Positions 26,765 through 40,819 of a DNA stretch of 64,000 nucleotides are shown piece by piece. The stretch spans positions 104,966,001 through 105,030,000 of the forward strand of contig NC_043004.1 of assembly GCF_006345805.1 (NCBI RefSeq). The letters run 5' to 3'. Each line of letters opens with the position of its first letter. Position 1 is the first letter of the stretch. The notes beneath the pieces are model-generated. The model saw only the letters and a list, made by a program, of their open reading frames with translations. It was not told the origin of the DNA and did no database searches. The stretch is from Octopus sinensis. Lineage: Eukaryota. Made by a program: the position numbers and the translations under genes.

Positions 26765-27462
26765 TATATATATGAATATATATACATATATACGATGGGC
26801 TTCTTTCAGTTTCTGTCTACCAAATCCACTCATAAGGCTTCGGTCGGCCCGAGACCATAGTAGAAGACACCTACCCAAGATGCCACGCAGTGGGATTGAA
26901 CCTGGAACCATGTAGTTCATAAGCAAGCTACTTACCACACAGCCACTCCTACACCTATACTTGTAAACATTCATTAGTAAATATAATTAGTAAACTGAAC
27001 AATAGTTCTAACAATTAGTTAAGTAAATAGACACAGGTATGGCTGTGTGGTTATGACGTTTGCCTCTCAACCACTTAGTTCTGGGTTCAATTCTATAGTG
27101 TGGCACTTGGCGCAAGTGTCTTCTACTATAGCGCCAGATCAACCAAAGCCCTTGTGAGTAGATTTGATAGTCAGAGACTGAAAGAAAGCTCATCATGTGT
27201 ATGTGTGTGTATACAGATGACGTCAATTCTTCTAACGGTTTTTTTAAAAAAACACTCATTATCCTTTTGTTTACCATGTAGGCAGTCATCGAAATTTTTG
27301 TTTGTCTTGTTGTCAAGAGAGGGTCCCTTTCTTTCCTGATGAGAAGATTGCATAATGCACCCTTTATTCCTTTGGAATGAAAACATGTTGTCTTCGAAAC
27401 ATATGTCGAGAGTAAAGGAATTTTGTTAACATCTTCGTTCGACTCCATTATTTCATTTATTC

Positions 27463-27535
<73 letters not shown>

Positions 27536-27776
27536 GTACATATATGAGTGGGGATGCTGAAAAGTTCCTGATTTTTCAGCACCCATCCCGCTGAAAATGT
27601 TTGACCCTATGTCTGTATTAGAAACCAATATTTCAAGGTTGACAACATGTGCAACTGAATTGATTATAATCACACTCCACTACACAAGTCTGTCAAATCC
27701 TTCTGCACTTGATCAACAGAAACTGAAGGAAGGTAAATATTACAAAATAATGGTAACATGCTCACAGTCAGCTTAC

Positions 27777-27893
27777 CTGTGATAGAGTCTGGTATGGCCA
27801 ACCACTTGGCCTCTGGACACAAAAGATTGATAAGACCTGTAAGAATCTGATTGGTAAGCTTGGAACCTATCAATTCTTTAATATAATTTGTGA
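27777..27893 (-). CDS. ARMH1: ARMH1 exon 6 (117 nt)
   Basis: tctcttcag|TC...G|gtaagc, phase 1 to 1. Encodes (V)TNYIKELIGSKLTNQILTGLINLLCPEAKWLAIPDSIT. Confidence 0.75.
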
Positions 27894-27973
27894 CTGAAGA
27901 GAAAGCAGAAGATTAGAAATAAATTTTTTGAACCAAATACAAACATTTTAAGATAAAACTGACTGTTATATAT

Positions 27974-28286
27974 CAGTGGTTGCCACACATTTAAGGGCTG
28001 CCACCCCCTTGACACCCAGGTCACATTCCTAGCACCACCATCTAAACTAACCATCAGAAACATAGACCCCTTTCTGAAGCAAATTCAAAGCAACCGTATT
28101 TCACAAATAAAACTTATCCTAATGAACCCCTTCGTTTTCTTGTTTTTACATGAATCACTACCCCCATTATTGCCCCACTTTTTACATGAATTGCTCCCCC
28201 ATTATTACCCCACTTTTCTTCAACACCCCCTTGGAACTTTCCACCACACCCAGAGGGGGAAATACGGCCCACTTTGAGAACTACTG
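27974..28286. mobile_element. hAT-type MITE with 8-bp TSD
   Basis: CAGTGGTT...AACTACTG termini with an identical TTATATAT on both sides. Confidence 0.7.
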
Positions 28287-29023
28287 TTATATATGGAGTA
28301 AATACTAGCAATTTTTTAGTTCTTTTTTTTAGTTTCTTTTTGTTTCTTTTTCATATATTCTACTAATGTCTTCCTTTTTAGTCATAGTGTATCTGGAACT
28401 AAATGAAGTAATTTTTCTCTCCTTATTAAGATGGTAAGGTGTAGGTTGTGATTTAAGAGAGATCTGGTTGCTATGTCTTGCAGGCCAAGCAACCAGATAT
28501 AAGCTCTGTAGACATAACACAGTAGATTTAACTTAGGGGTATTCTCGAAAACATCCTCTAATGGCCTGGATAGTTTGGCAGGATCCAACAAGCTACAAAG
28601 CTGTGCCAAATTCCAATGCTGGCTTTGGCATGGTTTCTTTTATGGCTGGATGCCCTACCTAATGCCAACCCTTTTCATAGGGAACTGGGTGCTTTTTTTC
28701 ATACAAATGGTACCATTGTGATTGCTAAGTAATTTGCAAGACAGAAAAAGTACACAGAGAAAGGAAAAGGAAAAAGTTCCCACTGTATGTGTGGAAAGGA
28801 ATTCTCATGCCAAGTGTTGAAAGGCCAAGGTATGATAGAGAGACAAACACAGGTGTCTTGCTACAGAGGGGATACATGGCTACCACGCATTATATAGGGG
28901 CATGAGTATTTGAGAAAGAGATAAGGATGGTAGTAGTAGCATGCCAGAGTAAACTTTCAATGTACAGGAAGGCCTGAATGGTTCTAATTTTTAAAATGGT
29001 AGTCTGTTAAGGGAAGTAATAAG

Positions 29024-29257
29024 ATTTTCTTAGTTCTTTATTTCCCACAAGGGGCTAGACATAGAGAGGAAAACAAGGACAAACGGATTAAGTCGATTAT
29101 ATCGACCCCAGTGCATAACTGGTACTTAATTTATCGACCCCGAAAGGATGAAAGGCAAAGTCGACCTCGACGGAATTTGAACTCAGAATGTAACAGCAGA
29201 CGAAATACCACAAAGCATTTCGCCTGGCATGCTAATGTTTCTGCCAGCTCGCTGCCT
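29024..29257 (-). mobile_element. SINE family 2 (tRNA-like head, ttgcctttcatcctttcggggtcgataaa core), with TSD
   Basis: 17-bp TSD ttaagggaagtaataag at 29007 and 29258. Other copies at about 8120-8335, 8990-9175, 9490-9660, 10300-10440, 20692-20925 and 47135-47320. The core resembles the Meta domain as I recall it. Confidence 0.8.
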
Positions 29258-30451
29258 TTAAGGGAAGTAATAAGTATTTCTCTTGCAAAAAATATTAACC
29301 ACTGTACTCTCTTTCTCTCACTCCCCTTTTCCTCTCTCTCTCTCTCCCTTCCTCTCTCTCTCACTCCCCCCTTTTTTCCTCTCTCTCTCTCCCTTACTCT
29401 CTCTCTCACTCCCCCTTTTCCTCTCTCTCTCTCTCTCTCTTTTCTAAATGGCAGGGTCATACATCTCCTACTCAGCAAGACACCTGTTCCTATCCTTCTA
29501 CCATCCTTTAACTTCTCATCACTAGACACAAAGCCACCTCCTTCAATATTACACTCTGCTCAGTTGAAGCATCTTGTCTTGCAAAGTTATTTGATAACCT
29601 CACTAGTGCTGGTGCCATGGAAATAGCACCTGGTACATTCTGTGTAGGAGGGGCATTCAGCCATAGGAACCATGTCAGAGCAGACACTGGAGGTTAGGGC
29701 AGTCTAAAGAGGTCCATTGGGGAAAAGGGGGTCTGCAAAACTTTGGTGAATTTGGTGAAACTTTCACTAATACATTAGGACTAACTAACCTGTGGTTAAC
29801 TACTATAGGCTGGGAACCTTTGTAGATTTAAAAAATCCTTTTTAACATTTTGCTACACCATGTTTCATGGTTTCAAATCCACCAAGATTGTTTTTTGTCT
29901 CAGGGAAGAGCATCCTCTTCTCCATGCTTCAGTTATTCATCAACCATGGCGAGAAGATACCAAATCTTCGATTCTCTCCTAAAATGGAGTAGTGTTCTAT
30001 CCAGGAAAATATTCATCTCTCTGGTCCGGTTAACTGCATGAAACTCAGGTAAAGTACTAGTCTTCATGAAGTACTAGTAAATGAGACCGACAAAAGAGCA
30101 TCGTGTTGTCACTTGAACTGCAAGAAATAACAGTCATATATTCCTCAAATCAAACCCTATCATCTTAAAATAAAGGATACAATGGATAATGTAAGTTTTT
30201 CTAAGATCCCAGCACTTAGAAAAATGTTGGAATGGTCATGGCTGGAACAACTTTGATCGTTGGTTTGTTCAATCACAGCTGACCATAACAACATCAACAA
30301 CTCTTGTATCAGGAAAGAACTTGATGGTATTATTTCTGAATTTCTGAACCTGAACATATTTGCGTGGAATTATGGAGGTGACGGGGGGGGGGGGGGTAGA
30401 AGGATTAAGGGTTAGTGAAAGAAAGAAATAAGAATGTTGTCCCTTACTTAC

Positions 30452-30536
30452 CTTCATACTGTACCTCCAAGTGTAATGTCTTCAACAGGGTCAGCAAGGG
30501 TTCCACTAACGTGGGAAGGGTAGTATTTATGACAGG
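30452..30536 (-). CDS. ARMH1: ARMH1 exon 5 (85 nt)
   Basis: caacag|CCT...G|gtaagt. Encodes PVINTTLPTLVEPLLTLLKTLHLEVQYE, with the conserved HLEVQYE motif. Confidence 0.85.
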
Positions 30537-30893
30537 CTGTTGAATAAGAATGAAACATAGCTGAAACATTCACTCACACTCAAATGATGAGTGGAAGGAG
30601 TAGAGTAAAGTGACCCTTAGCACTGCATGAGTGGAGGAGCTCGAATATGAGAGAAATCATTTACTGCAGTTTACTGACCTACTCTTTGACAGCAAACGGT
30701 GATTAAATAGTTGAAGTGGTGACATTAGTGACCACAGGTGTGGCTGTGCGGTAAGAAATCGGCTTCCCAACCACATGGTTCTAGGTTCAGTCCCACTGCA
30801 TGGCACCTTGGGCAAGTGCCTTCTACTATAAGCCTTGTGCTAACCAAAGCCGCGTGAGTGGATTTGGTAGACAGAAAGTGAAAGAAGCCCATA

Positions 30894-30952
<59 letters not shown>

Positions 30953-31307
30953 CATATATATATATACATATATATATGTGTGTGTGTGTGTGTGTGTATG
31001 CATGTATGTGTATATATCTATGTGTGCGTATGTCTTTGTGTCTTTATAGGGGCGGCACTTTGGAGTTTGCTGTTTAAGCCTGTATAGGAAGTGGTGGTAG
31101 TGGTGATAGTGGTGGTGGTGGTGGTGGTGGTTGGAAACAATCTCAAAGAGCATCCCAGGTAACACACATTCTAGATATGCTACTGCTCCATTCCATTGTG
31201 TAAACTGCTGCATCTCATCTTACACCACTCAGATAGGATCACTCAACTCCGTATAGCTCAAGCTCAGTTTTATCCTATCCTCTCCCTTCTACTCAACCTC
31301 TGCTCTA

Positions 31308-31670
<363 letters not shown>

Positions 31671-31738
31671 TCAGTCGTGCATTTTATGTTTGTTTGTCAA
31701 TGCTGGCACAAGTGCAATGAAGACTTACTGAAGCAGTA

Positions 31739-32161
31739 TTTTCGGTTTGAATGGCAGTTTTTAACATAATTTCTAGGTAACTAAAAAATTTTAAACTTCG
31801 TATACTGGTAGAATGTGTTTATAAAATATCTTTTTCTCTTGGCTTTATTGAGAAAATTCCATAGTTTGTAAGATATTTGTTGTTTTTTTTTCTTCAATTT
31901 CTGCAATTTCAACCAGTCACTGTCGTCTATTGAGGTAAAAAGCATTCTGTGCCATATGAATATGTCCCTCGTTTAAGAAACAGATTGGGTTTATTTTGAT
32001 TTCTGAAGAAAAAAAGAGACCCTTCCCCCACCCCTAACCCTAACCCTAACTAACCCTAACCCTAAAACAGATTGAAATGCAATAGATCAATACTAGGGTC
32101 ATAATTATGGGTGACAATTTCATATGACACCGCTAGAAAAAACTGCCGGTCAAACGGAAAA
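31739..32161. mobile_element. TIR element carrying (CCCTAA)n
   Basis: Imperfect TIRs ttcggtttgaatggcagtttt / aaaactgccggtcaaacggaa; five CCCTAA units at 32032-32064. Confidence 0.6.
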
Positions 32162-32377
32162 GATCCAAAAGCTCTTCCTGTCATCATCCTTTACTTGTTT
32201 TATTCTTTTTATTTCGCTAGTTTCCATGAGTTTACACTATAAATCTGACGTTGCTGTTTGGCTTGGATGCCATCATGCAAGGCCATGTGGAATGTAGACA
32301 TCTCTGTGCCCACACAGACACACACCCACACATTCGCTGATCTCTGAGCATGATGTAAACAGTAGCAATATGGAATC

Positions 32378-32588
32378 GCAACATATAATTGCCAACCAAT
32401 CATGGCATCCTATATAGGACAGTGCTACTGGATTTTATAGCCCCAGGAAGATATCTCTTCCAGCTAATACAAATTGGACACAGAATGTGTGTTGTTAGCC
32501 AGCTGGAAGAGATGTCTTCCTGGGGCTATAAATGCCAGCAGCACTGTCCTGTATAGGACACCACACTTGGTTGGCAATTATATGTTAC
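32378..32588. repeat. Foldback element, about 88-bp inverted arms
   Basis: 32378-32465 is largely reverse-complementary to 32501-32588. Confidence 0.85.
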
Positions 32589-32767
32589 AATATATATATA
32601 TATAGGCACAGGAGTGGCTGTGTGGTAAGTAGCTTGCTTACCAGCCACATGGTTCCGGTTTCATTCCCACTGCATGGCACCTTGGGCAAATGTCTTCTAC
32701 TATAGCCTCGGGCCGACCAAATCCTTGTGAGTGGATTTGGTAGACAGAAACTGAAAGAAGCCTGTCG

Positions 32768-32799
<32 letters not shown>

Positions 32800-33637
32800 A
32801 TATATATATATATATACATATGTGTGTGTGTCTGTGTTTGTTCTCCAACATCACTTGACAACCGATGCTGGTATGTTTACGTCTCTGTAACTTAGCGGTT
32901 CGGCAAAAGAGACCGATAGAATAGGTACTAGGCTTACAAAGAATAAGTCCTGGGGTGGATTTACTCGACTAAAGGCGGTGCTCCAGCATGGCCACAGTCA
33001 AATGACTGAAGCAAGTAAAAGAGAGAAAGAAAGAGAAAATATATATATATAATGACATGTCATCAGTTTGAAAAATTGCTAAGACACTAGGATATTTTCC
33101 TATTATTAACATGAAACCAATGGTAGCCTTAATTCACAAATAAATAAATCATATCCATCAATGCAGTGTTGAGTGCTCATTTTCATCATTCGACATTTGC
33201 AAGTATATATATATATATATATATATTACTTTTTAAGTGATAAACTATAGATTTTCTATAGAATTCAGAGCCACCATTCTAAGTTTTCATGTTTTGTGTA
33301 CAAATTCATTTATGTAAACAATGCAATTGAAGATAGAATAAACAGGTAATAGGTGTATATACATATCTCAAGAGTTATTGCTCTTTGATCAGTACCAAAT
33401 CCAACCCATGAATTATCTACAAATGCATTGACTAAATATCCGCAAAGTTTAGCAGTGTAATGCTATTAGATAGATAAATTTACATATCAAACATATTCCT
33501 GGCAACTGGAACATGAATATTTTAGTTACTAGCAAGGGCACAATATTTCATTTGCAACCAAAATATCCAACCAAGTATATTAAAGGTTTACAAGTCTGTA
33601 TTGTGTCTTACTTTTTGTGTGTGTGAATATTTATATA

Positions 33638-35151
33638 CAGTGGCGCAATTTAATTTAAGAACACTGGTACACTAATGTTAAAATGGCATTTTTTATATAT
33701 TCAAGTTGTAAATTGTGAACTAAGATGTATATCAAGATAAGGAAAATTTCACAAGCTTTAATATGGTAAACTTTACTTTGTGTAATTTAGGAACGATTTG
33801 AAAAATTTCATTTTTTTTCTGCCTTATTGACTAATATAAAGGTAGGGTAATTTGCATGTTGTTGCAATTTCTAAGTTACTTAATAACTGTGATGAGTAAG
33901 AAACAAAACCTAACACCAGAAATTAGAGTGAGAATCGTTCAGCTTAGTAGGCTGAAGTGGTCATATAAAGCCATTTCAAATGAATTAGGATGCTCTAAAA
34001 CAGCCGTCTACAATGCTGTCCATCTTTATAAAGAAACTAATGATTATAAACACTGCTCTCGACCTGGGCAACCAAGAAAAAAAAATGACATTCATAGACT
34101 GTAAACGAAAACTAAAAAATGACTGCTGTTGACATTTTAAAAGAAATTTGGCAAAAATATGAACTTACCATTTGAGTGTCCACCATGAAAAAACTGTCTC
34201 AAAGAATTTGAACTTCTGAGAAGAGTCTCTCAAAAAATCTATACATTTCTTTAAAAAAGTGATATGCCCGAATACAGTTCGCAAGACAGTATTGGAGTCC
34301 AGCAGGTTGGTCGAATGTGTTGTGGTCAGACAAGTCAAAATTAACTTGTTTGGTAGTGATGGAAGGAAGTATGTAAGGAGGTGTATAGGTAAAGAATATC
34401 GTCCAGAATGCATTTGACCTACAAATAAGCATGGTGGTGGAAGTGTGATGGTGTGGGGGTGCATGTCTGGAAAAGGTGTCAGTCTTACAATCTGAATCAA
34501 GGGCATTATGGAAAGTAAGTCCTGTCCAGAAATATTGGATAAGACTACACTTCCATATGTCTGAAAGCATTTGGACCGATCTTGGACTTTGCAACATGGC
34601 AGCAACTTGAAATACAACTCGTACCTAATCAGAGATTAGGTCAAAGAGAGTTCTGTTGATGTAGTGGCCGGCGCATCTGACCTAAATCCCATCAAATATC
34701 TTTGGGAACGGTTGGGTAGAGCTGTGCAAAGTAGTAAGCCACAGAATAAGGATGATTTTTTTAAAACATTATTAGCCAAAATTGGGGGGAAATCTCAGGA
34801 ACAGTGATAAATGATCTGAACAATTCTATGTTTTGCAGATGCAAAGTTGTCTTAAGTAATTTTGGATACCCAACCAAATACTGATTGTGTGAGCTTCTTA
34901 TTGTTTTTTAGTTAATCTCAGGATAAACTTTTTAAAGCAGAAAAATGAAATTTTACAAATCATTCTTAAATTAAATGGCACTATAAATTACGATACGTTG
35001 ATGTTATGATGTAAAGTTGTATATATATTAAAGCTCATGAAATTTTCTTTATTTTGATATACATCTTAATTCACAATTTATAACTTGAATATATAAAAAA
35101 TGCCATTTTAACGTTAATGTACTAACATTCTTAAATTAAATGGTGCCACTG
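33638..35151 (+). mobile_element. Tc1-like DNA transposon, decayed transposase, long TIRs
   Basis: TA|CAGTGGCGC start and a reverse-complementary end of about 200 bp; HTH N-terminus (ISNELGCSKTAVYNAV), KHGGGSVMVWGCMS and DLNPIKYLW remnants. Confidence 0.88.
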
Positions 35152-35935
35152 TGTGTATACACATATATATATACATATATATATAGTTGAAATTTACAGA
35201 AAAACAGAAGACGAAGACAGGTGTGTAAACAATAAGCAGGTGTATTAGTTTGATGCTCGGGAAGGTGAGAAAGTCTTTTATGTTTCAAGCCTATGCTCTT
35301 CAACAAAAAGCAACATGAGGAAATAAGTAGAGAGAGAATAGAAAAAACTTGTGAATTTAGCAATACACACACACATATATATATATATCAAAATAAGAGT
35401 TGCAGAGTCACTTTGATGTAATGGAATCATGACCATCTGTAAAAGACTCATTTCCAAATTATGTGCCTCAGCTTCCTTTCTAAACTTGTAGGAGTGCCTA
35501 ATATAGGCAGTTGAAACCCAGAGTCACTCGAGTGACCACTTCAGATGGGAGATGACCAGTATGAGTAATGGGGATTATTGTTCAGTATTTTTCTCTCCAA
35601 GGGTTTTTTTTTTATACAGTGTATTGTGAGCTGTTATTTATAGTCATAGTTTTATTCATAAGTAATTTTCCTACATCATCACCATCATTTCAGTAACAAC
35701 TTTCTCAGGTTTCATGAGTCAGGCAAAATACAATGAGGCGGATTTTCAATGGACAGTTGTTCTCCTGTCAGCAACTCATGCCTGTTTTCAAGCATATTTC
35801 TCCATAATGCTTTGTTTGTTGGACAGTGATGCTTATTTACAATAATTGTGCAATGTCAAAGGAAAGAGACACACACACATGCATAAATATGGATATATAT
35901 ATATATATATGATATATATATATATGATATATATA

Positions 35936-36025
<90 letters not shown>

Positions 36026-36166
36026 TATATATACATATACATACATATATATATATATATATATGGCGGTGCCCCAGCATGGCCACAGAGCTGAAACTAG
36101 ATAAATAAAAAATAAAATATATATTATATATATATATATTATATATATTATATATATATATATGTA

Positions 36167-36266
<100 letters not shown>

Positions 36267-36325
36267 TTATATATGTATATATATATATATATATATATCT
36301 ATATATATATATATATATATATATG

Positions 36326-36361
<36 letters not shown>

Positions 36362-36535
36362 TGTGACAATTATTCGGTAGCCATGATAAAACTCCGAGTT
36401 TCGGATGCCAAGGTGGAAACTCGGAGTTTTATCATGCCTACCGAATAATTGTCACATATTACATTTACAGATAAATTCCTCAATTTACATAATATCGAGG
36501 TCTCTTTCTTTCTTTTGTTGTCTTACCATTTTTAT

Positions 36536-36601
<66 letters not shown>

Positions 36602-37334
36602 TAGCAGAGGTATCCGGTAATAAATTACTGTTAATAAGGTGTCTGTTTATAGCCATGAAACGTTTTTTATCAAATTTTTCAAAAATTTGAAATCTATATT
36701 AATAGGTAGGACTAATTTGATGACAAAATGAGCAGAGTCTGGTAGCGAACCCATGTCGTTGTCATTTTTGTGCATATGCATAAAATGACGAAATTTTACC
36801 CTTTGGGTCAGATTTAGTCAAATTCATGGTCATGATGGCTAGTGCGCAAAATGCCTAAATTTTGCTTGAGAAATAAAATGCTCTTACCTAATCAAAACCT
36901 GAAATGCTGTGGAATTAAAACAACGAATTGAAATAAGTTTTAGCAAATCAAAGCAATTCGCATTGAAATGAAGAATTAGCAAATGCTAAATAGATTACCA
37001 CTAATAAGGTGTCTGTGTATACCCATGAAGCATTTTTCGTCAAATTTTGGCATTTTTCATAAAATTGTTGTCATAATGGCTACTGAGAAAAATGCTGAAA
37101 TTTTACAATTTTTGAAAAATTGATGCTGATTAAAAATCGATTTTTTTTAAATTTGAAGTGCATAAGTGACCACCACATGGGCACAAGCCCCACACACGTG
37201 TCAAGTTTTACCAAGGTCTGTTGGATAGCCTTGGAGGAATTAAAGTAACAAATTCACAAACACACAAACTTGCCATTTATTATATATATATATATATATA
37301 TATGAATGATGATATGAATATGTGTGCATGTGTA

Positions 37335-37553
37335 CGAGGGTGTGCTGAAAAGTTCCTGGCTTTGGGTAAAAGAAAATACAGGAGGATCAGTTAATTATGG
37401 TTTTATGCAACATATTCCCCTCTCAGATTCACACACTTATTGCAACGGTCCTTCAGCTTTTTCTAAGCCGTGTAAAAGGACTTGGAAGGTTGGGCCCCCC
37501 AAACAGGCTTTTCATGATACCCTTAAAGCCAGGAACCTTGCAGCACACCCTTG
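37335..37553 (-). mobile_element. mariner-derived MITE
   Basis: About 30-bp TIRs (cgagggtgtgctgaaaagttcctggcttt / aaagccaggaaccttgcagcacacccttg) with TA on both sides. A related one-ended copy at about 21870-22050 encodes the mariner C-terminus [21 protein letters not shown]. Confidence 0.8.
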
Positions 37554-37739
37554 TATACACACACACACACATACACACACATACATATACACACACACAT
37601 ATATATGTATATATGCTGGGTGGTTGGAGTTAGGAAGAACATCCAGCCATAAAAACCCTGCCAAAACAGATGCAGAAGTCAAGTGCAAGCTTCTGCCTGG
37701 CTGGCTTCTGTCAAACCGTCCAACCCATGACAGCATGGA

Positions 37740-37848
37740 AGGTCATAATGGGAGTAATGGCAATGATAATGGCGATGATAATGTTGACGATGATGGTGGT
37801 GGTGATGATGATGATGATGATGATGGGGGGTGATGGTGGTGGTGGTGG

Positions 37849-37890
<42 letters not shown>

Positions 37891-38009
37891 CGACGACGAC
37901 GATGATGATGATGAGGGTGGTGGTGGTGGTGAGGAAGGGGAGGAAGAAGAGAGGGGAAGGTGTCAATAATGATAATGATCATCATAATGATGATGACAAG
38001 GATGGTGAT

Positions 38010-38040
<31 letters not shown>

Positions 38041-38620
38041 ATGATGATAATGATGATGATGACAATGATGACCATGAAGAGGACAGTGATGATGACAATG
38101 ATGATGATGGCATGGTGGTGGTGGTGGAGGGGTTGGTCATTGTTGTTGTCATTGTACTTGGTGGTTGCAGTATTGATGACGCCAATCATTTAAAAACATT
38201 CCATTATTTGAAAGCTGTTCTAAAAACTACAGCAATCCAAGAAGGTGTGCCAGGAAGGATCTGCTGTTGGACAATCAGGGAATAGTAAACATCACCATCA
38301 TCGTCACCAGCATCATCACATCACAACAATCACTACCATCACCATCACCTCCATATCACTTCTACTACCATTAGTGCCACCACCACCACCACCACTACCA
38401 TCACAACCACCATTGCCATTGCCACCACCACCACCACCATCAACACCACCACCATCAACACCACTACCATCACCACCAATACCACCACTACTATCACTTC
38501 CGATATTCTTATTACATCATCACTGCCACCACCACCATCACTACTCTCTTTACCCTTACTATCACTATGACTACTATTTACTACCACTCCCGTTACTGTT
38601 ACTACCATGGCCTTATCTTC
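37740..38620. repeat. Compound trinucleotide low-complexity region (GAT/GGT/GAG, then CAC/CAT)
   Basis: Seen directly; it produces spurious poly-D/E/H/P ORFs. Confidence 0.9.
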
Positions 38621-38780
38621 CTAATCCTATGTTCAGTTCTCCTGCATGGCACCTTGAGCATGAGTCTTCTCCCATAGCTCCACACCAAACAAAGACTTCT
38701 GAGTGAATGTTATAGACAGAAACTGAAAGAAAACTGTATATATATAAATTTTTTTTTCTCTCTTTGTTTTTTTCTGTGTA

Positions 38781-38818
38781 TCTTTCTGTCGAAGAGCGTA
38801 GGCTCGAAACATAAAAGA
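38781..38818 (+). ncRNA. Hammerhead-like motif, family A copy (stem III palindrome broken, ACAT)
   Basis: Same repeat family. More degraded copies at about 35274-35311(-) and 39190-39225(+). Confidence 0.45.
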
Positions 38819-38906
38819 CTTTTTCTATTCCTGAGCGCTATACTAATACATTTGTTTGTTTGTACTCCACCTGCCTTCGTCTTTTGTTTATTTTCGTAAA
38901 CTTTCC

Positions 38907-38949
<43 letters not shown>

Positions 38950-39317
38950 AAAATGTGTTGTTGAAAATGCACCTAAGTTCAAAAACTCGTAAATGTTTAA
39001 AATGCATTTATTTACATATATACCAAACTAGTTTCAACAATATTTTTAGTTTATCAATGGTAAAAGTTTAAAATTAGAAAAAACATCTTTAAAAGTTTCA
39101 ATGTTGACAAATTAAAATGCTATGAACATTCAAACTTACACCTTCTGTTTTCAACATGTTAATTTATCAACATTGAAACATTTTAATTTTTCAACACTGA
39201 AGAGCATAGGCTCGAAACGTTAAGGATTTTTTCAATTCCCGAGTGTTATACTAATACATCTGTTTGTTGTCTACACCACCAGTCTTCATCTTTTGTTTTT
39301 CTTTTGTGAATTCTCCC

Positions 39318-39369
<52 letters not shown>

Positions 39370-40819
39370 AATGAATTCTCAACCAAACATGTGACTGCTG
39401 TGGGTACATGTCATTGAAAACTGCATTGACCCAAAGGTGATGGCCTTTACTTTAGAGGGATGAGGTTTGCATGCTTGTGTGTATGGACTATCATCAATCA
39501 TCTTCAAAACAACTCTGCCTATGCATACATGTGCAGATATGTGGCTAACCCTGACCAACAAAGAGGCCCATCACCATTAAACCAATGGGAAAGCTTTATT
39601 TGGTTACACAATCAGCTAGAAATAGCAGCCAAATCTTTCTCAAACCACACTCTCATCCTCTTAGAAAATGATACATTTGATAAAGTAGTTGCTAGTTCTC
39701 TGCTTTTAGGAAACAGGCAATATGGTCACAGTTGGATTAGACTGGGCAATAGGTCAGCTTGAGCCCAGCTGACCTGGGGGTTTTACAATGAAATCATCAA
39801 CAAGATCATCATCACCATCAAGTGAGTCTCTACATGGTCACCCAACTCCAAAAATATATCTACATTGGAAAAGAGGTAATTATTACACCACCATTTAAGT
39901 CATCTCCAAACAGACAGTTGCGGATGATGACTCAAAATCTCCTAAATCAAAAGATATTGAAACGATTGTCACTTTAATCTCTCATTTTTCCTTGCTTGCA
40001 TGGATCAAACGGAACTTACTGAGGCAGGTTTTCAAGTCAGATGTCCTTCCTGTTGCTAAACTTCACCTGTTTCCAAGCAAAGTAATATCTCCCTATGCCC
40101 TGGCATGTTTTTGCAGAACACTGGAAATGAATGACACTGCTTGTATAACAGTGGCACTCATTTACAACTATCACACAATGTCAAAACCAGGAGACACAAA
40201 CATATACAACACACTCACAAACATATACAACACACTCACAAACCAGCTTCCATGCCGGTGGCACGTAAAAAGCACCATTCAAATGTGATTGTTAACAGCG
40301 TCGCCTTACTGGCACGTAAAATACATTCGAGTGAGGTTGTTGCCAGTGCCACTGGACTGGCTCCTGTGCAGGTGGCACATAAAAAACACCATTTGAGCAT
40401 GGCCATTGCCAGTACTGCCTGACTGGCCTTCGTGCTGGTGGCACATAAAAGCACCCACTACACTCTAGGAGTGGTTGGCGTTAGGAAGGGCATCCAGCTG
40501 TAGAAACTCTGCACGATCAGATTGGAGCCTGGTGCAGCCATCTGGTTCACCAGTCCTTAGTCAAATCGTCCAACTCATGCTAGCATGGAAAGCAGACATT
40601 AAACGATGATAATGATGATGATGATGATGATGATGATGATATATATATACACGATGGGATTCTTTCAGTTTCCTTCTGCCAAATTCACTCACAGGGCTTT
40701 TGTTGGCCAGGAGCTATACTAGAAGAAACCTGCACAGTGGAGCTGAACCTGAAACCATGAGGTTTGGAAGCAAATTTCTTAACCATACAGCCATATATAT
40801 ATTTGGACTATGAACTCAC

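Noticed and set aside
37670-38706. Acidic, His-rich or Pro-rich protein ORFs
   Set aside because: They are trinucleotide low-complexity tracts open in many frames on both strands, with no splice or homology support.
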